This document shows, one piece after another, positions 1 to 13,319 of a stretch of DNA of 64,000 bases. The stretch is from positions 15,979,432 through 16,043,431 of the forward strand of contig NC_092679.1 in NCBI RefSeq assembly GCF_964355755.1. Reading direction: 5' to 3'. The notes beneath the pieces were generated by a model. The model saw only the letters and a list, made by a program, of their open reading frames with translations, was not told the origin of the DNA and searched no databases. How positions within the stretch are numbered: the stretch's first letter is position 1; every line of letters starts with the position of its first letter. Source of the stretch: Antedon mediterranea (taxonomy: Eukaryota; Animalia; Echinodermata). The translations under genes and the position numbers were made by a program.

Positions 1-1109
1 ACATGATCCCTAAATATCAGTAATTCTGTATCTTGCTTTATTATTAGTTGAGTATTGTTTGTTTTGATAATATATGATAATATAAATATGAAAACATTTA
101 GGAAAGTGAAAATATTAACTCTAGGGTAGCCTCACTTACAGTAAACCAGGAAAGCTCAAACTAGGGCCTTGTATTGTTGGTTGCTAAGCAACTACAATGT
201 TATTTGGCAAGAGGGAAATTTTGAAGCTTTTTATATAAACTCTTTGGTATGGAAAATGTTACCGTATTTATTATAATGTTATAAAATACCTGTGGTTTAA
301 GCTAAGAATACAATAATCCATGCTTTTTTCAAAAGGATTTTTGTAATTCTATAGGTGTTGATATCACAATAAAATTGATTATAGGTTAGCAGTTCAACAG
401 TGAAAAAAATTAAATATTACACATGCCATTTGAATTAATCTAATGATTTTCTGAACTTGCGGTTTTCTCTTTTCTATCGGAGTTAAATTGCGTCAGAGCT
501 TTCACATCTCCTGGAATCAGTCTGATGCCCGGGGTAAATATTGTGAGCGTGTGTTCAGCATGGTGTCATATCGAGCACGACTTTGGTTATCCAGTGGCAC
601 ATAGATCATTCATGCTCACTGTTGATTGGTCAAAAGAAAACTAAGACCTTTGATATCTTAGTTTTCTAGGATCTAGAAAACTAAGACCTAAGATATCCCA
701 TACACTATTGTGTAAGAATTATATTTTTACTATTAGTAATTGTTAAATGTAAGTAGACAAAGCGTTTTGTTTCAAATTTAAATGATTTAATAACAATTTA
801 TCAAATTGTAAGTCATTTATTAAATTTGAATTCTTAATATCAAAGGTACTGTACCATAGCTCCTGATAAGTATAAATACATTTTCGTAAGTTTTCTGAAC
901 ATATTTGTGACTGTGCCAATAACAGTATTTACTTAATATCTATTCTGGTGATTTCAAGAATCAAATTTTTGATTTGTCAATTTGAATACAATGTCACTAG
1001 TCAGATGTAGAATTGACTAATAATTTGATGACAAGGCAAATACCATTGTAATACAATTGTTTGCTGTATCAATATTATTTATTACCAAATTTGTACAAGG
1101 GTATTTTTT

Positions 1110-1515
1110 TCATTTCCCCATACCATCACAAATATGACTGGTGTGCATCATTATCATGTGATTTTGTAATGCAGGAAAACTGTATGTTTAAAAAGTTGAA
1201 GAAAAATAAATTTAATCTTAGGAAAATTACTGAAAAAATGACAATGCTGTGGGTATATCATTTTCCCATACCATCAGATATGACCGGTGTACATCATTAT
1301 CATGTGATTCCTTCTGTAGTGCAGGGACAATGTATGTTATTGAATAAATCCTAGCAAAATTACTGAAAAAAAATACAATGCAGTGAGTATCATTTTTCCA
1401 TACCATCAGATATGACAGGTGTACATCATTATCATGTGATTCTGTAGTGCAGGGACAATGTATGTTATTGAATAAATCCTAGCAAAATTACTGAAAAAAA
1501 TACAATGCTGTTGGT
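1110..1515. repeat. Tandem repeat, ~133-147 bp x3
   Basis: ccataccatca..atatgac..ggtgt.catcattatcatgtgatt recurs three times. Confidence 0.9.
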
Positions 1516-1598
1516 ATCAGTTGCTGAATGTCAATGGAGCAATTTAAATCAAAGCAAAAAGCTAAATAAAAATGATGAAGTAAAACAGCCAAACAAAT

Positions 1599-1644
1599 TT
1601 GCAGAGCTTTCGGGCAACACTACAGTAGCCCTTCATCAGTGCAA
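1599..1644 (-). ncRNA. Minimal type-I hammerhead ribozyme (Penelope-like pLTR remnant)
   Basis: Minus strand: TTGCA-CTGATGA-A-GGGC(12 nt)GCCC-GAA-AGCT-C^TGCAA; stem I TTGCA/TGCAA, stem II GGGC/GCCC, palindromic AGCT in place of stem III. Confidence 0.75.
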
Positions 1645-2900
1645 GTGACAGTACTTTGTTGTATAGCATTACCTTCTGATCAAGAACACTTATACACTTT
1701 GCATAAATAAATTTGTACAACTTGTAACAACTTGGAAGTAAAGCGTGGTCAGTTTAATACCAGGGCAATACACGTGCATGCAGTAAGAACTCAGAACGCA
1801 TCTCATCAGCACTAGATTCTCGGAAGATTTTCCACACTATGCACACCTGGTTACAACTTAGTTACAAGTTATTACATTTTGCAAATGTAAAAAGGGTGTT
1901 AGTGTTGGTTTCGTCATTCAATTTTTGAAAATTATAATATTACACATAAATTAAGAATCTCCTTCCACGGACAAAGACACTTAAATAAAACTGTTCTCCA
2001 GGTGATCGTTAAAAGAAACATTTGAATTCAAGAAATAAATTATGTACTGTACAATAAAATTATTAATAATTTTTCTATACAAATGTACGTCCCAGCTCTA
2101 ACCAAACTCAATTTTGCTTAATTTTGGTAATCTGACAAAAACTGGTGTTTCTACAGTACGTTAAAAAGAGAAAATAAAAAAATTTGTTTAGTTTTTAGTT
2201 TAATATAATTATTTACTTCATTCAACAGAAAAAAGCCCGAACATAATATATATAATGATTTCATTTAATACACCTTTTGATCTTACTTCATTCACACAAG
2301 CAGATTAATAATACTATAGAGATACCATAACATTTACAAATGTAACACCATAAATTGGAACATTTGAATTATTCTTAAATTTTTTGCTCATTTAAACTAC
2401 AATACAGTATATAATTATATATCCATCATTTGATTCTAATTTATTAAATCGTGAAAATGTTGCTGACAACTTTTTTTGAACAAACTATTTATTTATTAAG
2501 CTATTCCAAACATCCAAGTGTATTCACCCTAAAAAATCTTTGCAAAATAAAAAGCATTGTTCAACATACGAATTCAATATAGCATGGATGGGCTTCAATG
2601 CGTCTGTAGACTGTGGGTTCAATTGAGCCTGTCATCCATGATAAGCTAAGGCATTTCACCTAGGCTAGGCATAAACAAGATACTAATTGTTGTAAAGGAT
2701 TGTAAAAATTATGTAGGCTGGGCCATATGAGTTTTTCGGTTCATGCACTTTTAGTAGTATAGATACAGAAGTGATTTCTTGATATGGAAGTGTCAACATT
2801 TTATTGGTAATGGAAAAGGATCCCATAGTCTTCTCAATTAATGCCAAATTCTTTTTCATACGCCACAAAACATAGCCATATAATTGTCACATGTTTAAAG

Positions 2901-3020
2901 CCTCTCTCGAATAAGGACTTATAACTACAAGTCCAGTCATCTGGCTCTAGTCTTATGCTCTTTAAAAGAACCCAGTCCATCTCTCAGTAGAGTAGGGGAT
3001 CACCCCGGTGTACTTGTCCG
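2901..3020 (+). mobile_element. Headless Deu-domain SINE fragment (others ~5825-5868, 24272-24360)
   Basis: GAATAAGGACT...AAAGAACCCAG...GAGTAGGGGATCACCCCGGTGT, similar to 44131-44241. Confidence 0.65.
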
Positions 3021-4269
3021 TCTCAGTTATCGTTGGACAGATTTGGTGGCAGCTGTACGACAAGAAGGGATTCTTAGGGGAGAAGAATGTTGTTGGATGT
3101 GTCGTCAGTATGTGCAATTCACCCAGTAGGCAAGGCACCTCCCAACATTTACATTTAAAGTATGTGTCCTGTTGTTGTTGAATCATTGTTGTCTGAAAGG
3201 ACACTTTAAGTCATAATCATCTGAATAGAGTAAAAACATTAGTGAAAACATAGCATTATCAGAAAATACAAAATATCATTCTCATCATCATTGCAAGTCA
3301 AAGTGCATAATGACTCATCCAACATTTAAAATTTATTTCCTACCATTGTAGATACATTTATTATTGATGGGTTTAGTTTTGTTTCAGGATCTTGTCAGAT
3401 AATTTATATACCAGACATTTGGACTGCCACTGTATAATGTTTACATTATGTTTTGGAAAACATTTCTATCAACAGTGTCATAGACATTTCATGATTGATT
3501 AAACATCTAAAAATCTGCAGAAAGCATTTCATAATACTGTAAAAAAAAGTGTAGCGTATTAACAGTGCATGGCTTATGAACTAATTTTGAAGTAAAAGCT
3601 ATATTTACACGCTCTTTTCTCTTTAGGAGTTAAAATGGATATGAAACAATGTCAAAATATCAACAAATGTAATTGTGTTTGAATCCTTTTGATGCAAAAT
3701 ATAGGTTGAATATTTTGATATCAGAATTTTTACCTTTTATACAATCAGAATTTTTAACTTTTAAGTTTTATACAATCAAAATGTTCAGATAGCAATTGCA
3801 TTAACACTTTTGTTAACCTTTTTTTATTGCATATTTTTCTATGTATTTTTCTAAATTTGTTAATGTCGGTTTTATTGTCCTAGTTGACAGAGGCTGGTCA
3901 AGCACATCACAAGATGACAGTCTTATTACTTTTTCTTTTCTGCTACTCCCCTGTTATACTTTATATTTTTTGTTTTGTAGAAAGATTGAAAATGAAATGA
4001 AAATGATATCTTTGATAAATAAAATAAATGAAATTTCAGTTTAAAACCATGGGAAAATCACCAATGACTTTTCCATTCTTTCATTCTATACAAACGTATG
4101 CGTAATCGATTAATTTAAAAGACCACTTTTGTAGCTGTTTCGTAATTGGTCAACTACAACCAATGAGCTTCATGAAATCGTACATAGAACGAACGTAAAC
4201 AACACACATGTCTGTACTTCCGACCGGGGGTGTAGTTAAAACAGCGATTCTAAACGCAACACAAAATAA

Positions 4270-4415
4270 AGTTCTGTCTACACTATCAAACTTTATGTGA
4301 CAACAAATTGTGATGTGCCCCCCATGGACATGATGATGCCATATCACTACCATAATTGGGAATATCACTACCATATTTGGGCACATCTCATTTGTTTGAT
4401 AGTGTAGACAGAGCT
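4270..4415. mobile_element. MITE family A copy (more at ~4914-5030, 14170-14405, 20163-20293, 35996-36100, 39344-39418)
   Basis: Same TIR and tgtgatgtgccc core recur. Confidence 0.8.
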
Positions 4416-4468
4416 TATGTCTATTTTGTGGTTTATCAGGTTGCATACTTTTTCTCCTGTATTTTCAG

Positions 4469-4639
4469 ATGGAACGATATTGTAAATGTGACTCATTCTA
4501 AGAGGTTATTTGGTATCGAAAAGGCTCACAGTGAACAGACCATCTACTTCCACATGGAGGATGCAGAGAATGCCAAGTACGTCTGGAGGATGTGCAATAC
4601 GCAACATCAGTTTTATAGAATCAACCTGGAGAATATGAG
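4469..4639 (+). CDS. PTPN14: PTPN14/PTPN21 (Pez)-like phosphatase, exon encoding end of FERM C-lobe (earlier exons lie upstream or were not recognised)
   Basis: ttttcag acceptor, AG|gtaagg donor; 171 nt, phase 2-2; WNDIVNVTHSKRLFGIE...FHMEDAENAKYVWRMCNTQHQFYR is FERM-C like. Confidence 0.9.
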
Positions 4640-6894
4640 GTAAGGGAAATTATCTTCCGCAGTTTTAACTACAATTATTTATTTGATTTGACAGGTAAGT
4701 CTTACATTACAGCCTATTTGGAGGAATTACACACAGATACTGGCGGTATTTACAGCAGTAACTAGCCTGAATTCTACAGTCACTGCATTAACTTACTTGC
4801 TAGTCTACTTGGCTAATTTTTACATCATGAAAATTGACATTTAACAGTAGGTCAATACAATAGCCAGTGGTGTCAAACTTAATCAACTACTGTGCCATGG
4901 CACGGACCTATGCTACACTATCAAACTAGTTTGACAAAAATGTGTGATGTGCCCAAATAATGGTGGTGATATGCCCAAATATGGTAGAGATATGCCCAAA
5001 TATGGTAGCGATGACATCATTATCCCATGGCCCATTTGTTGCAGTTTCCTCTACCTTTAACCATCTTTGCTCAGTACATTTTAAAATATTTTGAATTGTA
5101 GCCATACGTATACAGTAGGCCAATTATTATGATTCTATCCTAATTAGCCTCTTCTCCTTGAGACAAGTGAACAACTGAAGTATTAATATTAGCAATGAGA
5201 TAAGTGTTGGACAAAGGTTAAATGGGTCTATACAGTGTAATACACAGTTGAGCAGCTACAGTAATTAAAGGTGGGAACATATCCTTTAAGATGATGTCAA
5301 TCAAATTAGCTCCTACTTAGGATTACCATCAACACCTACATGTTCCAGGTTAGAGGTTAGAAGAAATTGCAATAGTTTCCATGGATTGTCTACCTATCTT
5401 TCGTTAAAGCAGAGGTTTTGTTAATAGCAAAGCCGATTCTCGGTACTGTATCAGTATAATTTGTACAGTATCATCATAGGCAAATTCTGTGATACATGGG
5501 AAATCGGTGTCAGAGGTCATAAACCTAACCTTAACAAAGGCCCAACATGAATTTGCCTATGATAACGAGCTGTGATACTATATGTGAAGATAAACTACAT
5601 AAAATCATGTGAATAGCAGGTAAAATCAATTAACTACTGTAATTATTCGCAGTGGCAGTGGCAGGACTTTCTTGGCGAAAGGATGGGGGGGGGGTCGTAG
5701 TCCCCGACGGGAAGAGGTGGATTTGACGATATTAGACATTTAAGTGTATAAAGTAGTTAGTGATCCACCCCGACAGTGGCAAACTCTACCCGAGTAGATG
5801 GGCCTCCTGGTCCTGGGCCCTTTTTCTTGAATAAGGACTTAAAACTTGAGGTCTGGTGTACACATTTGTGTTGCTATTGCTTACCATACAAAGATAACCA
5901 ATGCGTTATTGTGGTACTGTACTACTACAGTAGTAATGACTATAATTTTTATGTGTTTAAATTTTAAATGTAAATATGTATAATTATGTTTGTATGATGT
6001 AGTATGTTTAAGCGGATATTAGCCCTTGATAGCATTTGCAGCAATAAAGAAATTGAATTGAATTACTGTATAAAGCACAATAATTCAAATTTATTGTGAT
6101 TGATAGTTTTATGAAGTATGGAATATTAAGACTCTTGTATCAACAGGCTACAAGTACAAAGTCTGCTTCTCCATAGAAATGTAAGCATCATAATTAAGAT
6201 GGATTGAATGATTAATTTGAACGAACAAGTCTAACACATTCTATACATTCCTACTGCCCTATCTTTCACAATCAATTTACTGCAACATGCCTCACAAATT
6301 AAATAAATTTATACTTTCTCTTTTCTGCGGTTTGACCTAGATTTTTCAAACTAATATTTCAGTAAAAAATTAAACTTTGATACTTATTTCATTGTTAGGA
6401 AATGCTGCTTAAAATATTTCACCTTTACTGTGATATAGATGAGTTCAATAAAAAATTATGTTACTAAAATTTGATGTATTAGGTCAAAATATTAAACTTA
6501 ACAAATACTTAAACTCGCCTCATTCAGCCTCTTCACAAAAATGTATTATTTATTCCCCATCTTGATACTTTAATCCAATAAGCCCATTAACAATTTAAAT
6601 TTTTGTAATTTTGTCCCCAGACTCAAATATTTTGCGATTTGCAACCTCAAAATTTGTTATGTGTTCATTCATGTTGATTTATAGTTTACTGTTCAAACAT
6701 AAAAAATACTTTCTTTTATAGCAATCTGTAGCTGTTTCTGGCAACAAGCTTTCATTTTATTTATCAAATTTTGCATAATATTCCTGTGCTTATTTTTTTT
6801 GAATGTTATCTTTGTAAAGTGTGTTCTATTTGATACATTAATCAATTATTATTTTAAATATTTGTATTTTTGTTTCCTTATGCTTTCAATTTAG

Positions 6895-6918
6895 ACCAGG
6901 CTATGATAGCCAACATTG
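6895..6918 (+). CDS. PTPN14: Candidate 24-nt in-frame microexon of the PTPN14-like gene (R-PGYDSQH-W)
   Basis: Long pyrimidine tract + ttag acceptor, TTG|gtaaga donor; phase 2-2 matching both neighbours; no stop. Confidence 0.55.
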
Positions 6919-8320
6919 GTAAGATGGTTTTATTTATCAATATTCATGTTCCAGCACTTTTCTTTGGATTTTATTGAGCACTCCTCTCCTCTTCTATGGT
7001 ATTCTTGTTTTTATAAACATTCTTAAATGATTTTAGCATACATCAAATGCTTTTATAGTATGTTCTGTTTATACCTACTTCCCTGCTGTTCAAAATAGCA
7101 AGTAATGCATCTTGCATACATATTGAATGTTTTGTTAAAGTTGGCCACTTTAGGAGGCTTTACTATGTTAAAGAATGCCACTAAAACCAGTGAATACCAT
7201 ACAGAAATCTGAAGCCCTTAGCCAAAGAGGTACAAAGCATTCCGATGAACTTCCTCTTTTTCTGAAGTGCTCTTTTAAATGTTTAGACCAGTAGCAGAAG
7301 TGATTTATATCACTATCTCAGAACATTATTATTTATTATTTGAACCATATTTAATGAGGGTTATCCATCCAGCAATTGCTGATCATTTGGGACCTCCAGA
7401 GAAGTTAAAGATTGTGGAAAGATGATTGAACTGATGCTGGCTAGAGGCTCGATCAACATTGATTTTACAATTACAAAATTATTAGGCTGATGCAAGGGAG
7501 AACTGTTGAACCCACAAAAAATTTGATTTCTTTTACTGTATATGTTTTTAAAACTTCAAACTTTACTGAATAGAAGTATGGGGTTTTACATGCCAGATGG
7601 TGAATTGCTGTTGCAAGTGTAAATTCACAGATTCAATTTCAGGCTTGGTTTGTTTATGAATCCCCAACACCTTGTGAACTCTTTCGACCCTAGTTGACCC
7701 TAGTTGAATGAGGATGAGGAATTTAAAGCATTTTCAGTCCAACATACACAATTTATAGGCCATTAGTATATTTAAATGGGATAAAGGCCAATTTACACAG
7801 ACAAGCGGTAACATTACAGTATATATTTTTGTTTTACTGTCCCGTTCGTTAGTGTAAGTTGGCCTTAATAATACATTTGTTATTGAATATCCATATTGTA
7901 TGTATAATTGTATTCAGTGTTTTTTATACACTTTTAATTTCATTGGTTTGTTACATTGCTTTACATTATTAAATATTTGTTTATTAAAATTTACTATTTA
8001 AATATTTTCCTAGTAAAATTTATATACCTGCTACATAACACTTTTTTCTACCTGCTATATAACCCTTTTTTGTACCTGTTACAAAACCCTTTTGTTAGCT
8101 ATGTAACAAGCGAGCACCAAGCATTTTAAAATGGCAACAGGCAAAAGATTTGGCTTGATTTAATGTTGCCTGGGACGAACATTGTTCTTGCCATTGTTTT
8201 TGTTCTATTTGTAGTCATTTGGCATTCTTTCAGAACTGTTACTACTGATAATTGATTTGGTCTCTAATTGCAGGCTGTATTTACATATTTTGTATATGAT
8301 TTTATTATTAATTTTGTTAG

Positions 8321-8481
8321 GCATAATAGAAATGAAGTATCGCTGGATGGACCAATGCAAGGCCTTACTAAATCTCCGGTCACCTCGTCCATTGAGAGAC
8401 GACCCACACTAATAAACAGACGCAATGCTGACACACAAAATCATGTGATAACAAAGCGGTCCCAAAGACTGTCCTCATCAG
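8321..8481 (+). CDS. PTPN14: PTPN14-like linker exon
   Basis: tttgttag acceptor, CAG|gtaata donor; phase 2-1 joins the FERM exon to the large exon in frame (HNRNEVSLDG...QRLSSS). Confidence 0.75.
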
Positions 8482-9016
8482 GTAATACTACTAAATATAT
8501 TTATATTATCTTTGTATTTCAATAATAATTTGTTTACACTTATTTATTTATTTCGGTATAAAAAAAATATATATACAAAAAGCAGCAGAAGCTGAAAGTA
8601 GGGCATTTACATAAATACTGTATTATGAAAAGTACACAAAAACATCAAAACATTAACATAGGAAAAATATCAATACATTATAATACAAATTTATACAAAA
8701 AACATTCAAACACAAAATAGTGATACAAAAACAAAGGGAAAATCAACCACAGCAAAAAAGATTGAGAGTACATAATACACATAATATTAGACAATGTTAA
8801 AGTCTGAATATTTCCAAAAATTGTTTTTCATTAAAGATAATTTGGTTACAGTAGTAGTAGTGTTGTTGATTCTCAAAAATGTCGACTATGATTGTTCAGT
8901 TATATCTCAAGATATCATTCTCAAACAATAACAAAAATAATATAAGGTTACATTGCGCATATAACCTAATAATGATTTACCTGTTAATAATCTCTGTTTT
9001 TCCTTTGTTATTACAG

Positions 9017-10698
9017 ATATTGGAGATATGGATTCTAGGACAACGGTTGAACTTACAACTAATCCAGAAATAATTGCTTTTAATGAGAGATCAAATGGAG
9101 ATCTTATCAATAGCCATGAAAACATGAGGGTAGTTGAAAATGGAATGACGAGCCATGCGCTTAGTATGAACTCACTGAATCAAGGCGTTCAGATGCCCGT
9201 GTCTCCAATGTCTTCAAATTTAAGCGTGGCAAGTAACGAGCCACGGAACTCTTTGTATACCCATCTTCCAGCGTATCGAGTGAGTCCTGATTATGACACT
9301 GTTTTACGAGCTAAGCAAAAGTTAGCAGAAGTTGGAGCACACAGTCAAAGCCTTGGTAATCTTGGCGTAGGACATGGTGTATATCACAATGTATTGTATT
9401 ACGAGCCAAACGGTCGATACGGTGCAGCAATGCACCCAGCCAATAGGCAACAAATGTCACTAAGCTATAGCAACCCGAACACAAACATATCAAGTAGCGT
9501 GATTGACACGTCATCAGAATCGTTACAATATCCATCCGTGAATCAAAACCTTTATAACCAAACGATGGTGGCGTATAGTACGCCAGAATTGAGTAAGCAA
9601 TATCATTCCGCAGAGGAATATGTCACAGAAAAACTGTTGAAAAATAAGTTTAAACCTCCACCACCGTATCCACGCGGGAGCACGAGCACTCCAGATCTTG
9701 CACGACATTCCAATTTCTCCGTCAGTCACAGCAGTCCAGATTTAGTGAGCAGACGCTTGCGCTCTTCCATTCAACCGGTGCAGGAAGTTACAGATTTAGC
9801 AATGAACAGTTTGTCAAGTAGTAACGTTGTCAATATTAGTAATGTGGATCTATCGCAATCATTGCCTGTAGAAGCGTTCGGTAACTTGCACCTAAACGGC
9901 AACATGAACCCTGTTATGCACCCGTTAAGGCGACACGACCAACAAGCTTTGAATTACTTTAATAGTTTGTCGCATATGAGGCCTGGTTATTTAGATTTAT
10001 CAAATCCAGATCCCCGTTTAGTCTCGCTTCACGAGTACCAATCAGATCCGGCATTACGTATTACCCACACTCCTCATCATGTTGTTCGACCGCCAAGTGA
10101 TTTTGCAGATACTAGTGATATGGACTCACCTAATATGCTCTACAGCCCACCACCAGCATATAAACATACCCCTTCTGCTAACGATGTGTTCTTTAGCCAG
10201 AATGGGTATAGTGAAATGGAAACTAGGTCACCCACGAGTCCTGTATCTCCCTCTAGAAAATTCACTCCAAAGCAATTAGAAAGATCTGCTGAAATGCAAG
10301 AACTGAATGGATCGCAATTTGCGCTGCAAAATCATCACGAAACAAATATCGTGCAATCACGTTTACGCACAGTCTCTGCCCCGGATGCATTACAGGAGAC
10401 TCACTTTGGTGCTTCTATGCCGTCTTACAATGCAACGTCCGATTCGTCATCAACCATGTCACCGGTTAATAAACAAGCACCGTTAAGTCCGAGCCACATG
10501 AGCGTTAGTTCCGTCACTACCACTGGGAGTGGAATGACGACTGATTCGGACTCGGAAGACCAAAACAAAGACAAAGAAGATGATGAGAATATTATAGGAC
10601 CTCTTAAAATGGCAGCCATGAATGGTTTAACTCTTGTGCGACCTGCAAAAAGTGATTCTGAAGGCACAACACCTGTCAAGCACCCAAGAGATGCAAGG
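9017..10698 (+). CDS. PTPN14: PTPN14-like large linker exon with PPxY motifs
   Basis: ttacag acceptor, AGG|gtatgt donor; motifs YRVSPDY, KPPPPYPRGSTSTPDLARH, SSPDLVSRR and IGPLKMAAMNGLTL resemble the PTPN14/21 linker; second PPAY at 10150-10161. Confidence 0.92.
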
Positions 10699-10785
10699 GT
10701 ATGTTCTGATCAATATTCACCAAGTATATGTTTTTTGTATGGTACTTACCGGAAATCCTTGGATTGGCCTAATATGCCTGTCATA

Positions 10786-10897
10786 ATATGTCTCAATCTA
10801 GTATGTCTGATCCTAATATGTCTGATGATCCTAATATGCCTGATCCTAATATGTCTGATCCTAATATGTCTGATCCTAATAAGTCTGATCCTAATAA
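10786..10897. repeat. 15-bp minisatellite (tctgatcctaatatg)n
   Basis: ~7 copies, intronic. Confidence 0.9.
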
Positions 10898-11129
10898 TGT
10901 CTTTTCCAGAAATTCTCATATTCCAAATGTGCTTTTAATGGTAAAAAAAGAATTTGGAACCTGTTAAACCAAGTATTTGGTAGAGTTTTCCAGGTCTCTA
11001 GAGAGGCTGGTATTAAGAGGGTTGGCTTCAAAAATGTGTATATTCAGCTCTCCAAAAAGTGGTTCTTGTATTTTGTCATGGGAGGTGTTTTTGATTCATT
11101 TTGATTTTAATTTACATTTTTTATTTCAG

Positions 11130-11279
11130 CGGAAAATCCTTGAAAACCAAATCACGGAAGGACAAGTTTTTACAGAGTATGAAAAGATAGCGAGAAAGAA
11201 GCCAAATGCGTCATTCTACACAGCACAACTACCTGACAATGAAGCAAGAAACCTCTTCAAAGATGTACTCCCATATGAG
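11130..11279 (+). CDS. PTPN14: PTPN14-like PTP domain exon 1
   Basis: tttcag/GAG|gttaga, 150 nt phase 0; VFTEYEKI...EARNLFKDVLPYE. Confidence 0.92.
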
Positions 11280-11553
11280 GTTAGAGGTCGTTTATATTAT
11301 ATTTTTACTTATACATGGCTTTTCTTGGCTTCTTTTGTGCTTAGTAAGTTAGGGTACAATATTGACACCAACTCCAACTAGGCAAGTTTAGCTACTGTAA
11401 ATGGCACATGTATAGACTAGTCCAGTATGATTCTCATGTGGCTTGCTGATGTTGGATTCTCAGCTTTGGTTAACAATTTTTGCCAAATAGTTACTACAGT
11501 AGAATCTGTATTAAGCACCGAACAAAGTTCTCCATCAATTTGGTTTTCCCTAA

Positions 11554-11731
11554 AGCTTGGTTCCCACTAGAACGTAACGCAAGGACGTAAACGCAACGCA
11601 AGCGTTTTAACCAATGACAAGCGAAGTTATAGACAGTTAGCAATCACAAGCGAACAAGCCATCGCTTGTGATTGGTCAATTCGCTTGCGTTGCATTTACG
11701 TCCTGTGTTACGTTCTAGTGGGAACCACGCT
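11554..11731. mobile_element. Harbinger-like MITE family C (fragment also ~28521-28600)
   Basis: ~50-bp imperfect TIRs AGCTTGGTTCCCACTAGAACGTAAC; TAA/TTA flanks. Confidence 0.8.
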
Positions 11732-12014
11732 TTAATAAGTGTTGGTAGTAGTAGTATTAAAGCATATAAAATATTGCCCCTTATTCCTGAGAAAGTGTCC
11801 TAAAAAAGAGGCATTCTACTGTCTTCTACCACACCTAAAAATAATAAATTTAGAAATTTGGCCAAAAACAACCCAAGGCAAAATAATTACAGTAGAACTC
11901 CTATAATTATGAAGACCCACCTTTGGAACCTAACAACATTTCTGCTGAAGGGATTGGTCATAGTTTAAATCATGTATTTCACCTTGTTTGTTTCACATAA
12001 AAGAGTTTACTTAA

Positions 12015-12361
12015 AGATGTATTGTCCCCCAAAAACATGAAAAATGAAGATTAATTAAATCAGACTTTGAATACCTTATTTTGTAGTTAATATAAAGTTA
12101 ATCACATCCGTAGAAAAAAAAATGAAAAAAAATAATGTTTTCACTTGTAAAATGACAAAATAAATGGTTAAATTCAACCAAAAATCCATTGGCTGGCAGC
12201 CAATTTGACCATTTTTTGCTTTAAATTACATTTTTTTCAGGTAAATACACTTTTTTTAGACCCAATTTTTGGTCAAAGTGGATAACTATTACGTTACATT
12301 AAAATGGAATATTGAACAAAATTTGTTTTAAGAATTATTTTTTCAGGGGGACAATACATCT
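12015..12361. mobile_element. Kolobok-like MITE (partial reversed copy ~25740-25935)
   Basis: TIR AGATGTATTGTCCCCC, TTAA/TTGA flanks, purine-purine 5' end. Confidence 0.7.
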
Positions 12362-12482
12362 TTGATAAGGGGTTCTAATGTGGTAAAACTATTAATGTGA
12401 GAAAAACATAATTTAAGCTTCATTATGTTTGATGTTCTTTTTATTATAAGATTGTTTTGCAAAGTATATTTAATTTCTTTAG

Positions 12483-12680
12483 GATACACGCGTGAAGCTT
12501 GCTACAATGGTGGACAACAGTACAGGTTACATCAATGCTTCTCATGTCAAAGTACCCATAGCTGGAGAGATCATGCACTATATTGCATCTCAAGCACCAA
12601 TGGAGAACACGGTGAAAGACTGGTGGAGGATGGTTTGGGAACAAGAGGTGCTTGTGATTGTTATGTTGACAGCCCTTGAG
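12483..12680 (+). CDS. PTPN14: PTPN14-like PTP domain exon 2
   Basis: ctttag/GAG|gtaagt, 198 nt; DTRVKL...GYINASHV...YIASQAP...DWWRMVWEQ...VIVMLT. Confidence 0.95.
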
Positions 12681-12704
12681 GTAAGTAGAGAATAATGTTA
12701 GTGG

Positions 12705-12925
12705 TGGTGGTTGTAGTGGAGAGGTGGTTGTGGTAGAGAGGTGATTGTGGTAGAGAGATGGTTGTGGTAGAGAGGTGGTTGTGGTAGAAAGGTGATTGTG
12801 GTAGAGAGGTGATTGTGGTAGAGAGGTGATTGTGGTAGAGAGGTGATTGTGGTAGAGAGGTGATTGTGGTAGAGAGGTGATTGTGGTAGAGAGGTGATTG
12901 TGGTAGAGAGATGGTTGTGGTAGCA
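12705..12925. repeat. 17-bp minisatellite (gtggtagagaggtgatt)n
   Basis: ~12 copies, followed by degenerate GGT-rich sequence to ~13150. Confidence 0.95.
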
Positions 12926-13244
12926 TGATGGTGGTAGCATGATGGTAGTACACTATGGAGATTATGGTAAGGGTGATATAGGTACATGTGATGTGATTTT
13001 GACAGATAGGTAAGTAGATAATAATGCTAGTGGTGATGGTTATGGTAGGAAGAGGGTTGTGGTAAGGTGATTGAGGTACACTATGGTGATGATGATATAG
13101 GTACATGTGGTGTGATTTTGAAATAGTGATGGTTGTGGTGTTCGTGGTTGTGACCGTCGTTTTAAACTTGTGTCTCGTTTTAAAGCATTTAGTACAAAAA
13201 AACTGGGCATTATGTGATGTTTTATTATTCAATTTGAATTATAG

Positions 13245-13319
13245 GAAGATGGCAAGCAGAAGTGTTACCCATATTGGCCAAATTTCAAGGCATCAAATAA
13301 CATGGTTGAGTTTGGACCA
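13245..13319 (+). CDS. PTPN14: PTPN14-like PTP domain exon 3
   Basis: atag/CCA|gtaagt, 75 nt; EDGKQKCYPYWP (KCxxYWP motif). Confidence 0.93.

Noticed and set aside
490-518. Second hammerhead (minus strand ...GAAAGCTC)
   Set aside because: Core reads CTGATTC rather than CTGANGA, and stems I/II do not pair in register.
10699-10938. Hydrophobic ILICL-repeat tail of the 636-aa ORF as a transmembrane segment
   Set aside because: Read-through past the donor at 10698 into an intronic 15-bp minisatellite.
12444-13232. 262-aa minus-strand ORF and overlapping ORFs
   Set aside because: Translation of a stop-free 17-bp minisatellite antisense to a PTP exon and intron.
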